Part shown: one piece after another, positions 10,511 through 23,420 of the stretch | Layout of the letters: each line of letters begins with the position of its first letter | How positions within the stretch are numbered: the stretch's first letter is position 1 | Source of the DNA: Malacoraja senta | Lineage: Eukaryota | Reading direction: 5' to 3' | DNA length: 60,000 nt | NCBI GenBank assembly: GCA_038087875.1 | Contig: CM075992.1 | Coordinates: 932,001 to 992,000, forward strand | Program-made: the position numbers and the translations under genes | Notes under the pieces: model-generated | What the model was told of the DNA's origin: nothing | The model's database searches: none | The model's input: the letters and a program-made list of their open reading frames with translations, nothing else

Positions 10511-10636
10511 CTAGAAATCAGCAAATTCTTTAGGGTATTTCTCTGTGATGGACACACGGATTGGCTCCTCTTCATACTCGTCAAAGTTGCTGGTGTCACC
10601 AGGACCTTTCATCTTGGGTTTAAAGGGAGGTTCCTC
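10511..10636 (-). CDS. PRKACA: PKA catalytic subunit exon 10, terminal ([41 protein letters not shown])
   Basis: AGC C-tail with PxxP, an FDxY motif, turn-motif Ser and FxxF end. Acceptor ttcttcAG, TAG at 10511-10513, 126 nt. Confidence 0.95.
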   Translation of the reverse strand, partial: EEPPFKPKMKGPGDTSNFDEYEEEPIRVSITEKYPKEFADF

Positions 10637-10963
10637 CTGAAGAAGACAGAAACTGATTAACAGTAACTCCATGGACTTGGCCTCCAGTATATTGAGAACG
10701 AGCTACATAAACGCTGAGATGCACTTGGACGTGGCACATCTGGTAACCGAGATATTTGTACTGAATATGAATTACCCCCCAACATGCCACACATAGTTCC
10801 AACATTAGGACAAAACATAATGAGTCAGACAATTTCATTCCCCTTTTATGCCATGAATTTACTGAGGGAACATTCTGTCAGGCTTTATGGATGGAGCTGA
10901 GGATCATCACCTTTTTGAGATTGACCCATAAAATAGTCAACCAGAATTAGAGGAACAAATATG

Positions 10964-11232
10964 CATTACAGCGCCAGAGACCCAGGTTCGATCCTGACTA
11001 AGGGGGCTTGTTCGTACCTTCTCCCCATGACCTGCGTGGGTTTTCTCTGAGATCTTTGGTTCCCTCCCACACTCCAAAGATGTACAGGTATGTAGGTTAA
11101 TTGGCTTGGTATAAATGTCAAATTGTCCCTAGTGTGTGTCGGGTAGTGTTAATGTGCGGGGTCACTCGTCGGTGTGGACTCGGTGGGTTAAATGGCCTGT
11201 TACCGCGCTGTATCTCTAAACTAAACTAAACT
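10964..11232 (+). mobile_element. tRNA-derived V-SINE/HE1-like SINE, 5' truncated
   Basis: B-box GGTTCGATCC, central tccccatgacctgcgtgggtttt...cccacactccaaaga, tail ctaaactaaac. Confidence 0.8.
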
Positions 11233-11559
11233 GCTGTAGTGCTAAGAGCTTAGAAAGGTAGAAGTTGTTAAGTGTGTTCAGGAAAGTTGCCTCAGGCAAT
11301 AAATGCAGGGCACTGGGGAGAGAGAGGGTGATGCCTGACCTATTCTTGGGGAAAGGGCAGGTCAAGTAATTGTGGTGAGAGAGCACTTTGGAACTGGTGA
11401 TCCATCGCAGAAGCCTATTAGTTTAGTTTAGTTAAGCATGGAAACAGGCCCTTTCGCCCTCTGAGTCCACGCCGACTATCTATCACTCATTCACACTGGT
11501 TCTACGTTATCCCACAGAAAAAGAGTAACCTGGGAGAGAATTGGGCTCCGCAAGCACCA

Positions 11560-11952
11560 AAGTGTTTGTGCATGCGTGTGCATGCGTTTGTGTGCATCCC
11601 TCTATGTTTGTGTGTTCTTGCTTGTTTGTGAGTGAGCATGTCCAACATGTGTGTGCATGTACGTGTGTATAGGCGTGTGTGTGTGTGTGCTTGTCCGCGC
11701 GTGCGTGTGTGCTTGTCCGCGCATGTATCTGTCCACGTATGTGTGTGTCTGTGTATGAATGTATCCGTCCATGTGTGTGTGTGTGTGTGTTTGTCCGCAC
11801 ATGTATCTGTCCACGTATGTGTGTGTCTGTGTATGAATGTATCCGTCCATGTGTGTCTGCGTGGCTCCATGTGTGTCTGTATCAGTGGGTGCCCATGGTC
11901 AGCACGGTGGCTGTGCCAGTGTGTCTATGCGTGTCCATGTGTGCGTGTCTGA
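11560..11952. repeat. Compound (TG)-rich microsatellite with an internal 78-bp duplication
   Basis: gtgt/gcgt/atgt runs. The block ttgtccgc.catgtatctgtccacgtatg... occurs at 11713 and 11791. Confidence 0.9.
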
Positions 11953-12062
11953 ATGAACAACAGGCGTGAGGGAGATGTGATGTTGCATGGACAGCACCAT
12001 AGCTGCAATAAGTTCGACCTCAAGACACCGCGTGGGCTGGGGTGGGTTTGGAGTCACAGTAC

Positions 12063-12227
12063 CGTTCTTTTGTAGATGGAGATCCAGTCTGTGTTGGCAA
12101 ACCACTTGTGGTTCTTGATGTCGTTGACACCGTTTCTCAGATTACCAAACCGCTTGGTCAGGTCCACCTGCAGCAGGTTCCGCAGCAGATCCTTCAAATC
12201 TGAACTGAAATGTGACGGAAACCGCAC
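12063..12227 (-). CDS. PRKACA: PKA catalytic subunit exon 9 ([55 protein letters not shown])
   Basis: Translation, AG/GT boundaries, 165 nt. Confidence 0.97.
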
Positions 12228-12836
12228 CTGGGAAGTTTGGTACAGAGATTCAGCTGAGAGGAGAGAACTAACTTGCCAATTATGATTGTGTATATATATA
12301 TTGGAATATCACAAGCTCACTGAATAACATAAAAGGAAGTCACTACCATGTTAAATCCTCACAGGCTCAATCACTGAACGGAAATAGTCCATGTGGCCCA
12401 TTGTGCATACTAACATGAGGTACATTCACCTCACAAAACCTGCACCATTCCCCCTCACAACTATTGATCCAGTTCAACAAACAATCTGTTGGAGGAACAG
12501 TGGGCCGAGCTGCGTACTGTGGAGGGAAACAGCCAGTTGACACTTTGGGTTGGGGCGCTTCATCTAGGTTGGTCATTTGGCAGAGCCAGGGCACCCATAG
12601 ATGAAGAATTCCCAGAATATAGATCAGCTGGTAATATGGGCAGAGAAACGGCAGATGGAGTTTAATCCAGACTAGTGTGAGGTGCGTGGGAAGGAACTGA
12701 AGGAAGGTTTATACCAAAGATGGACACAAAATGCTGGAGTCACTCAGCGGGTCAGGCAGCATATCTCTGGAAAAAACCCTTCAGACTCTACCTCATGTGA
12801 GGTGCTGCATTTTGGGAGATCAAATGCAAGAGGAAA

Positions 12837-14185
12837 TTATATGGGATAGCAGCACATTTGGAAAGTGGTGAATTCATTGGACAAAGTCAGCATGGATTTA
12901 CGAAAGGTAAATCGTGTCTGACGAATCTTATAGAATTTTTCGAGGATGTAACTAGTAGAGTGGATAGGGGAGAACCAGTGGATGTGTTGTATCTGGACTT
13001 TCAGAAGGCTTTCGACAAGGTACCACATAAGAGATTAGTATACAAACTTAAAGCACACGGTATTGGGGGTTCAGTATTGATGTGGATAGAGAACTGGCTG
13101 GCAAACAGGAAGCAAAGAGTAGGAGTAAACGGGTCCTTTTCACAATGGCAGGCAGTGAATAGTGGGGTACCGCAAGGCTCAGTGCTGGGACCCCAGCTAT
13201 TTACAATTTATATTAATGAACTGGATGAGGGAATTGAAGGCAACATCTCCAAGTTTGCAGATGACACTAAGCTGGGGGGCAGTGTTAGCTGTGAGGTGGA
13301 TGCTAGGAGACTGCAAGGTGACGTGGATAGGTTGGGTGAGTGGGCAAATGTTTGGCAGATGCAGTATAATGTGGATAAATGTGAGGTTATCCACTTTGGT
13401 GGCAAAAACAGGAAAGCAGACTATTATCTAAATGGTGGCCGATTAGGAAATGGGGAGATGCAGCGAGACCTGGGTGTCATGGTACACCAGTCATTGAAAG
13501 TAGGCATGCAGGTGCAGCAGGCAGTGAAGAAAGCAAATGGTATGTTAGCTTTCATAGCAAAAGGATTTGAGTATAGGAGCAGGGAGGTTCTGCTGCAGTT
13601 GTACAGGGTCTTGGTGAGACCACACCTGGAGTATTGCGTACAGTTTTGGTCTCCAAATCTGAGGAAGGACATTATAGCCATAGAGGGAGTGCAGAGAAGG
13701 TTCACCAGACTGATTCCTGGGATGTCAGGACTTTCATATGAAGAAAGACTGGATAGACTTGGCTTATACTCGCTAGAATTTAGGAGATTGAGAGGGGATC
13801 TTATAGAAACGTACAAAATTCTTATGGGGTTGGACAGGCTAGATGCAGGAAGATTGTTCCCGATGTTGGGGAAGTCCAGGACAAGGGGTCACAGCATTAA
13901 GGATAAGGGGGAAATCCTTTAAGACCGAGATGAGGAAAAACTTTTTCACACAGAGAGTGGTGAATCTCTGGAACTCTCTGCCACAGAGGGTAGTTGAGGC
14001 CAGTTCATTGGCTATATTTAAGAGGGAGTTAGATGTGGCCCTTGTGGCTAAGGGGATCAGGGGGTATGGAGAGAAGGCAGGTACGGGATACTGAGTTGGA
14101 TGATCAGCCATGATCATATTGAATGGCGGTGCAGGCTCGAAGGGCCGAATGGCGTACTCCTGCACCTATTTTCTATGTATCTATG
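12837..14185 (+). mobile_element. CR1-like LINE (HER1-like), 5'-truncated, RT domain
   Basis: ORF 12858-13922 with [27 protein letters not shown] and FADD. One frameshift near 13895. (tcta/tgta) tail. Confidence 0.95.
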
Positions 14186-15032
14186 AATATACTCAGACGA
14201 AAGATCAACAAATTTGAAGACAAATTTGAAGACAGGGAATCAAAAGATATGGGATGCGTGCAGATAAATGGCACTGAGGTAAAAGATCAACCATGATCTT
14301 ACTGCAGGAATCCCACCTCTGTCTCTTACGTTCAACGAGTATGACCCTTCAATGCCTGTGAAAGATAACCAGTACTGGGTAATGAAGAGTGAGCAATGAA
14401 TGCACGCATTGCCAGTGATCGACAACACTCAAAAATAAATGAACAAACTTTGATCGTGAAAGTGTAAAATGTAATAATAATAACTTCCTTCCCCTTGCCC
14501 ATCAGTAAGCAGAGCGAGCCTGGCTGTTATTCAATTCTGTTTCCATCTACACAAATGCTATTTGACCTCTTGTTTTTATTTCAGATTTCCACCATCTGCA
14601 GCTTTTTGACTTTCAAGAATGGGAATCACAGTGGGAATGGCAAGGTGTCAATAATTTTGGGAATAAGGATGGGGAAAATTCAGTCAAGAAAAGTGGCCTT
14701 GGTGAGGCAGCACCTCTTAGATGTAGTTCCAAATAATGTCTCTTGGAGCTGGCATGGACTCAATGGACTGAAACGCCTTCTTCGATGTTGTGAGGAAACA
14801 TTGGGAATGGATTTTGAGGACCTGACCAAGCCTGATAATCTACTGCAATTCTGAAGGACTGTTATTAAACTGAGTTCTGCCATTTCAGTGGTTTGGCATG
14901 GGGACTTCTGACAAAGTGCCACCCATTCTAAATTCCAACAATACTGGAAACAAAACCTGCCAGCCATTTCTCTTTGTGGGCTCTTAGTTTGCACAAAACA
15001 GTCACCATATGTGCTTACATATAATTACTACT

Positions 15033-15683
15033 GCAGAAAGCGAATGGCCTGTTGGCCTTCATAACAAGAGGAGTTGAGTACAGGAGCAAAGAGGTCCTTC
15101 TGCAGTTGTACAGGGCCCTAGTGAGACCACACCTGGAGTATTGTGTCCAGTTTTGGTCTCCAAATTTGAAGAAGGACGTTCTTGCTATTGAAGGAGTGCA
15201 GCGTGGGTTCACAAGGTTAATTCCTGGGATGGCGGGACTGTCATATGCTGAGAGAATGGAGCGGCTGGGCTTGTATACTCTGGAATTTAGAAGGATGAGA
15301 GGGAATCTTATTGAAACATTAAGGGTTTCATTAAGGGTTTGGACACACTAGAGGCAGGAAACATGTTCCCGATGTTGGGGGAGTCCAGAACCGGGGCCAC
15401 AGTTTAAGAATAAGGGGTCAGCCATTTAGAACGGAGATAAGGAAAAACTTTTTCACACAGAGGGTTGTGAGTCTGTGGAATTCTCTGCCTCAGAGGGCGG
15501 TCCTCGGGATACTTTCAAGACAGAGCTAGATAAGGCTCTTAAAGACAGCGGAGTCAGGGGATATGGGGAGAAGGCAGGAACGGGGTACTGATTGGGGATG
15601 ATCAACCATGATCACATTGAATGGCGGTGCTGGCTCGAAGGGCCGAATGGCCTACTACTGCACCTATTGTCTATTGTCTACTA
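15033..15683 (+). mobile_element. CR1-like LINE 3' fragment (related subfamily)
   Basis: LLQLYRALVRPHLEYCVQFWSP; tail attgtctattgtcta. Confidence 0.9.
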
Positions 15684-15796
15684 CACTTCAAACCAATTAA
15701 TTGTTGGGATGTTTGTGATGTTGAATTGTACAAACGTACTGATATGTACTGTGTACATTCAAACCTCCTTATTTTCATTATGCAGGGGTAGAATCA

Positions 15797-15943
<147 letters not shown>

Positions 15944-16419
15944 CTAAAACACAAAACAGATGACATAGATGAGTAACACCACTCCAATTCCAATCACTAG
16001 TAAATTTAACCAGTTTCAGTTCAGTTTATTGTCACGTTACCGAGGTACAGTGAAAAGCTTCTGTTGCGTGCTAACCAGTCAGCAGGAAGACAATACATGA
16101 TTACAATCGACCCGCTTACAGTGTACAGATACATGATAAGGGAATAACGTTTAGTGCAAGGTAAACCCAGCAAGGTCCGATCAAGGACCGATCAACCAAC
16201 ATCAATCAGACCAATAGATGGGTCTGAAGAAGGGTCTTGACCCGAAACTTCACCCATTCCTCCTCTCCAGAGATGCTGCCTGTCCAGCTGAGTTACTACA
16301 GCTTTTTGTGTCTATTTCCCATTGATTCACTAATGTCCTTGAGAGACATAAATTAGCTGTCTTTACTGTCTGACCTATATGCAGCTCAATATCATAAGAT
16401 GTCTAAACTAATCATAAGA

Positions 16420-16840
16420 CCGAGGCGCAGAATTTTGCCATCCGAACAATCGAACCTGCTCAGCCATTCGAGCGTGGCTGATCTTTCCCTCTCAACCCCA
16501 TTCTCCTGCCTTCTCCCCGTAAACTTGGCCACCCTTACTAATGAAGAACCAATAGATTAAAAATACCCAATGACTTGGCCTCCACCACTGTCTGGGGCAA
16601 TGAATTCCAGGGATTCACTTCCCTCTGGTTAAATACATGTCTCCTCATCTCCATTCTAAAAGTACATCCTTTTATTCGGAGGCTGTGCCCTTTGTTCCTA
16701 GACTCTCCCACTAGTGGAAATATTCTCTCCACATCCATTCTATACAGGCCTTTTATTATTCGGTAAATTCAATGAGATTCCTCCCTCATCCTAAACTCCA
16801 GTGAGTATACTCCAGAGCCATCAAACGCTCCTCATATGTT
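16420..16840 (-). mobile_element. CR1-like LINE 3' fragment
   Basis: ORF remnant DVERIFPLVGESRNKGHSLRIKG plus CR1 tail. Confidence 0.8.
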
Positions 16841-17661
16841 AATCAGATCTTACTGATGTTTTCACCTCTGTCTGAAATAGCCTAACAAGCCAAGTGGTGC
16901 TTAGTGATGTTTAATAAACGGTAGCCATGAATAGATTTAAAAAAAGGAAGATGTCAACACTTTCCAACTGCTATGTCAATAATCATTAAATGATAATTAG
17001 CTAAATCTCAGCACATGGGGATGATCTCCTAAATCATCTGAAATTTGAAGATTTTCATGACGTTCAGATCATTTATGAGTGTATATACAAGTCATATAAT
17101 ATCATTCACCCCCCCCCCATATCTAATAAAAAGACTCAAATATATGATATGAAAAAACAAGCAATTTTCAAAAAAGACAAAGTGCAGGAGGAACTCAGCG
17201 GATCAGACAGCTCCTCAGAACATGGATAGGTGAGGTGTTTAAGAAGGAACTGCAGATGCTGGAAAATCGAAGGTACACAAAAATGCTGGAGAAACTCAGC
17301 GGGTGCAGCAGCATCTATGGAGCGAAGGAAATAGGCAATGATAGGTGAGGTTTTTGGTCGGGATCCTTCTCCAGACTGACTCATTTCAGATTTGTTTTTA
17401 TGTGATTTTCCAGATTTATAATCAGTAAAATTGCAATTGCAAGGTAAGTCGGCACCTTGTGACATGGTTACTGCACATGCAACTCTGCAGCATACTATTT
17501 ACTTTTGATACAACATGTTTGGAACTAATGGTGACACAAATATGAAGAAGGCTCTCGACCCACAACGCAATCTATTCATATTCTCCAGAAGTGCTGCATT
17601 TTGTGTCTTTTAACCATTAGTGGTGCATCAACAGTAGTGACTGTCCAAGAAATAGCTATCA

Positions 17662-17886
<225 letters not shown>

Positions 17887-18708
17887 TTAAGATTTGCTCA
17901 GACATAAAATCTTGGAACAATTACACTTGTCCCCCTTCGCCCCTTATTTAAAGACTTTTTAACCTCATTTAACAAAAGGAAAAGCTTGTGCTGCCTGGCC
18001 ACAGAATTCTATTGGCTTTTTTGCCTTCGAGAGTTTTATTGTGTGTGTCATTAAGTCCTGAAATGGGACAATGAAATTCATACTTGTAGCAGTAGCACAA
18101 CAAGCTGTAAACACAGTACTCAACAGAGACTATAATAGTGCAAACATTCAAGTGCCTAGAGCAACTATAGCAGTGCAAAGTCTGCAGTGGTTCAGTGCTG
18201 AGGAAGGGTTGTGGTTAGGGTTGTACAGGGTGGTTCAAAAACATGTTGGTTGATGAGAAGAAGCTGATCTTAAACCTGGAGTTGATGGTACTCGGGCCCC
18301 TGATGGTAGAAGAGAGGATGGCCAGGGTAGTGAGGGGCTTTGACATTAGCTGCCTCCTTGAGGGAGCGCTTCCTGTAGATCCCTTCGACAGCAATTCACT
18401 TATTTTCTATGTTTTCATTCCTTCTCCGGCCCGTCTTTACTACATGCGTTGCTGAGGTTTATAAACAGGGATACAACTGTCCATCTCACATAAACCTAAC
18501 CACAGGATTTCAGTGCTTTTTTCTTTGTCTAGTAGTTCTGTAGTTCCTTGTGTCTGCTGTCTTCTTTCGTAGGTGTGTCAGAGCGGATGGGGTGTGAAGT
18601 GGGCCTTCATTATCTTATATATGTGTGCTCGTGAGTATGATGGTGGAGGGGTGGGAACTGCGTCTACAAAGATACATGAGGTGGTAGGGAGTCATACTCT
18701 GACTGGTC

Positions 18709-18885
18709 AAGAAAGAACTGCAGATGCTGGAGAATCGAAGGTAGACAAAATTGTTGGAGGAATTCAGCGGGTGCGGCAGCATCTATGGAGCGAAGGAAAT
18801 AGGCAACGTTTCGGGCCGAAACGTTGCCTATTTCCTTCGCTCCATAGATGCTGCCGCACCTGCTGAGTTTCTCCAGGAACTTTGT
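18709..18885. mobile_element. Foldback Penelope-derived short element with 15-bp TSD
   Basis: Palindrome centred on gcaacgtttcgggccgaaacgttgc. TSD atactctgactggtc at 18694-18708 and 18886-18900. Same element as 3704-3875, in the opposite orientation. Confidence 0.88.
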
Positions 18886-19014
18886 ATACTCTGACTGGTC
18901 TGGTCTCGCCACTGCACCCATGTTGAATAGAATATTGCAGATTCTCTATTCTCAAGGCGTTCTCTGTACTTGAACGGTGAGCAGGTCACAGACAGGGCAT
19001 TTCACCATACATAC

Positions 19015-19141
19015 CTGGATGTAGCCACTTTGGTCAATCAGTATGTTTTCAGGTTTCAGGTCTCTGTATAGAAGATCTAGCGAGTGAAGGTATTCGAAGG
19101 CAAGGACAATCTGAGCTGCATAAAATCGAGAGTGAGGTTCA
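19015..19141 (-). CDS. PRKACA: PKA catalytic subunit exon 6 ([42 protein letters not shown])
   Basis: Catalytic loop YRDLKPEN; 127 nt; canonical splice sites. Confidence 0.98.
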
Positions 19142-19744
19142 CTGGAAATAAGGGAGAGGCAATTAGATTCAGTCTTCACAAGGTAGCAAACACTTAGATC
19201 AACATGGCGAGATTCCGAGTGCGTTAAGCAATTCAGTGCACACTGGTATGTGAGCTTTGTAAAAATGAAGAAAGGTTCTGATGGAAATGAGTGCGTAGAA
19301 GGGCAGAAAGAAACAGAAACGGCTGCGTTAAAGATGATCCTTTGTCCAATAGAATTAGATTGGCGATGAGCTACAAAATAATGTACTGAATGGATCATGA
19401 CTGTCAGGCTTTCCTGCTCATTTCATGAAGGACATGTTTTTATACCCATCAGTATATGAGCTTGCTACCTGCCAACACAACTCCTCACTCGGTGAACTGT
19501 CACTGACACTACTGTCTTGCTGCAGATGAAGGGACTGCCTGTATTTCAGATTACAAGAAAACTCCTATTTTTATCATATCCATTTCCCATTCATTACTCA
19601 TTAACTTCCAGCTTGCTGCACAGCTTGGGGCTTATTGGAGTAACATCCTTAGAATATTTCAAAATTTGGTATATTTGGAAAGGAACATGCTGTACAAGGT
19701 GTGCAGAGTCAAGCAGAGATAGACAAGGTTTGGGGCTAGTTGGG

Positions 19745-19955
19745 AAAGAGAGGAAGATGGAGGAGAAGGAGGAAGGGAGAGAGAGGGAGGGAGGGTGGGA
19801 GATGGTGAGGGTGAGAGAGGGAGAGAGAGAGAGGGAGAGTGAGGGGGAGAGAGGAAGAGAGGGAGAGAGAGGGAGAGGGAGAGAGATTGGGAGGAGCATG
19901 GATGGTGGAGAGGAGGTGGAGAAAGAGAGAAAGAAATTAAAAGGAGGAATAGAAA
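19745..19955. repeat. GA-rich polypurine low-complexity tract
   Basis: (GA)n and GGA runs. Confidence 0.9.
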
Positions 19956-20051
19956 GGCATGAAAACATTGACGGTTACAGAATGGGACCTCAGCCAAAAA
20001 TAGTGTGCAAGTAGGAAAAGTAGACAACCATTTCTTGGTTGTTCTAGTTTT

Positions 20052-20812
20052 TGATGGAGTTTAATGCATGTAAGTGTGAGCTGTTGCATTGTGGAAAGTC
20101 AAATCATGGCAGGATCTGTACAGTGAATGACAGTGCCTTGGGGAGTGTTACGGAGCAGAGGGATCTAGGAGTACAGGTACATAGTTCCTTGAAAGTGGTG
20201 TCACAGGTATATAGGGTGGTCAGGAAAGGTTTTGGTGCATTGACCATCATAAAGGGTATTGCATATAGAAATTGGGATGTTATGTTACAGTTGTGCAAGA
20301 CATTGGTGAAGCCGCCTTTGGAATATTGTGTTCAGTTTTGGTCACCCTGCTATAGGAAGGATGTTGTTAAGCTCGAAAGAGTGCAGTGAAGATTTACGAT
20401 GATGTTACCAGGACTTGAGGGCCTGAGCTGTCGGGAGAGGTTTGGAAGGCTAGGACTTTATTCCATGGAGCGCAGGATGACGAGAGGTGTTCTTATGGAG
20501 GTACATAAGGTCATGAGAGGAATAGATCGGATAAATGCACAGTCTTTTACCCAGACTAGGGGAATCGAGAACCAGGGAGGGGAAAGATGTTATAGGAAAC
20601 TGAAGGGCAATGTTTTCCACACAGAGGTTGTGGGTATATGGAATGAGCTGCTAGTTGAGGCAGATTCTATAACATTAAAATACTTTAAATAGGAAAGGTT
20701 TAGATAAATATGGACCAAACGCAGACTGGTGGGATTAGTGTAGGTGGGGCATTTTTGTCGGCATGGGCAAGTTGGGCAGAAGGGCCTGGTTCATGCTGTA
20801 CAACTCTATGAC
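20052..20812 (+). mobile_element. Older CR1-like LINE fragment
   Basis: Degenerate RT tail (MEFNACKCE..., RDLGVQVH, PLEYCVQFWSP) with stops. Confidence 0.85.
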
Positions 20813-21124
20813 TAACTATATTTTAAATCTGTCAGCATTAGAAAATGAACCTGCTGGTTAGTAGTTTAGTAATTTGAATGACAATGTAGTTGGCATGGAT
20901 AGTAAGTCTGCGGATGACACCAACACTGATGGTATAATTGATGGTAATTTAAGATCATAAGACCTGGATCAACTTGAAAAGTTGGCCAAAGAATGGCAGG
21001 GAATTTAATTTCACATCATAACTTCCGTCTGTCACTGACTTCTACGCTTTGTGACGCACTTTAACTTGCAAAGCCTAAAGCATCAAATTGATACGAATTG
21101 ATATCAAAAATCTAATTAAATTTG

Positions 21125-21530
21125 TATGGAAGAACTGCAGCACCGAAGATAGATACAAAATGCTGGACTAACTCAGCGGGACAGGCAGCATCTCTGGAGA
21201 GAAGGGATGGGTGACGTTTCGGGTCGAGACCCTTCTTCAGACAGAGTCAGGGGAGAGGGAAACAAGAGATATGGAAGTGTACCAAGAGCATGTAAGGTGT
21301 GAAAAGGACAGATCAAAGCAGACGATGATCAAGGAAATGTACAATGGTTCATTGTTGGCTGAGGGGAAGTTGACAACGAGGCATACAAACAGTAAAATTA
21401 ATCAGGAGGACAGTGAAACTAGTAGGGGAACTGGGGTGTGGGAGGGACAGAGAGAGAGGGAAAGCAAGGGATACTTGAAGTTAGATAAATCAATATTCAT
21501 ACTGCTGGGGATGTAAGCTGCCCAAGCGTA
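21125..21530 (-). mobile_element. Penelope-like 3' fragment with intact hammerhead-like core at 21213-21240
   Basis: Minus strand carries a GIY-YIG tail remnant (cgcttgggcagcttacatccc) and then CTGAAGAAGGGTCTCGACCCGAAACGTC. Confidence 0.8.
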
Positions 21531-22261
21531 CAAATTAAATGACAAATTAGATTTGTAATTTGGTCAATTTATAATTCCCAGCTGCAGGGAAATAAGGACC
21601 GTATAATCTAGCTGTAAGAGGTGAAATATAACCAGGAAATGTAGTTGCTGTTTGTTATGCCACCCGTCTTGTGTTCAGTCACATTTAGAAGTCTGTATAA
21701 CTTGAAGCGTTCTGTCACATGAACTGGATGTGTTTTAACAGTGAGTTGTTAAGCAATATTCAACAAATCAGAATTCCTGCTGCTGACTTTACTGTATACT
21801 TTCTGACATAGAGTCATATAGCATGGAGACAGGCCCTTCCGCCCAACTTGTCCATGCCGACAAAGATGTCCCATCTAAGCGAGTCTCATTTGCCTGCATT
21901 TGGCCCATATCCCTCTAAACCGTACCTATCCAGTTTAGTTTACTGTCACGTGTAGCGATTAGAATCTACTATAGTGGCCAAGTAAACCAAATTTCTGTGC
22001 AGCATCTGGTGATATTGAGAACATTCTGCAGTTTTGCCTTTATTCTGGTAATCCGTAATACACTGTATCGAATGATTGTTCTCATCCATCAGTGAAAAGC
22101 TATTGTTGCATGCTAACCAGTCAACGGAAAGACAGTATATGATTATAATTGAGCCATTTACAGTGTGTAGATTCGTGATAAGGGGATACTGTTTAGTTAT
22201 CAGTTACGTAACGGACTAACATATCCGTGTATCTCTCCAAGTTTATGTTCATGAGACTAAC

Positions 22262-22344
22262 CTGAACCTTCCGCTTCTCCTTAAATGTGAAAACATCTCG
22301 CCTCCCTGAATATATTCCATCACCATATACAAATTAGTGTTATC
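22262..22344 (-). CDS. PRKACA: PKA catalytic subunit exon 5 ([27 protein letters not shown])
   Basis: Hinge MEY; 83 nt; canonical splice sites. Confidence 0.97.
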
Positions 22345-23321
22345 CTGAAAGGAAAAGAATGCAGGTAAAAGCAAGTCTAGCAATGCACATAAAATGATGA
22401 TGAATTCACTTCTCGCCTTTGCTAACGAGACACAAATTTACAAAACATCATCGTGGCCGCACAGTGTGCAGCCCATCTAGCTGCCGCCTCATAGCTTTAG
22501 CAAACCTGGGTTCAATCCTAACCTATGGTGCTGTCTGTGTGGAGTTTGCGTGTTCTCCCTGGGACCATGCGGGTTTCCCCTGCATGCTCGGCTTCCTCCC
22601 ACATCCCAAAAGCATGCTGTTTGTCAGGTTAATCGGGCCCTGTAAATTGGTCCTCATGTACAGCTGAGCGGTAGAATTAGCGGAAAGCAGGTGGGAATGT
22701 GGGGAATACAACAAAAAATGGTGTGAATTAGTGCTTGATGGCCAAAATTAAAAAAATATTGGTGGATGTGGGCAAGTGTAGAACTCTACAGTTATGCAAA
22801 GTGAAAAGACTCTTTATAGTCTTCAAGAGTTGAGTTTGCTCACATAGTCGGATAAAGGGTTAGGAGTCTCATTATTTGGGTAGAAAGGAATGGCAGATGC
22901 TGGTGTATTACAAAGATCTCTGGAGAAGAAGGATTGGTGACGTTTCGGGTCGGGACATGTCTTCAGACGGTACACCATGTGAATATCGACCTTAAAGTCT
23001 CCATGGCAATCACTGCAATCCAAAATATTTCACTGATTGAGGCAATTTCAACACGAACCAGACTCTATATCAAAGTTACATTGTAATTTCTTATTAATAT
23101 TATGCTATTTTTTTTGTCTCTCTCTTCAGTAGCAATCATAAGGTCAATGAAACCTCAAGATATCTGAAGGTTTCTCTTCTCAGCAGTATTCCCTTGCAAT
23201 CCTTTCCCTCTTATTGCTTATTCCAACTGGTATTCTATCCTCCCTTCAGAAGCTCGAAGCTTATCAGGACTGGCGAGAATTAGAAAAGCAGAATAGTTCA
23301 CACATGACCCTCAACACTCAC

Positions 23322-23420
23322 CTTGAATGAAAATACTAGCCGCACCAGAAAAGGGAACCTGACAGCCTGAAGAATCCTTTTTTCGTTGAGCGTGTGCTCG
23401 ATCTGTTTCAGTTTTACCAC
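23322..23420 (-). CDS. PRKACA: PKA catalytic subunit exon 4 ([33 protein letters not shown])
   Basis: alphaC helix; 99 nt; AAG|GTGAGT donor. Confidence 0.97.

Noticed and set aside
11502..11969. His/Thr- and Cys/Val-rich ORFs
   Set aside because: Translations of a TG microsatellite.
19517..20027. ORFs with ER/SL repeats
   Set aside because: Artefact of the GA-rich tract.
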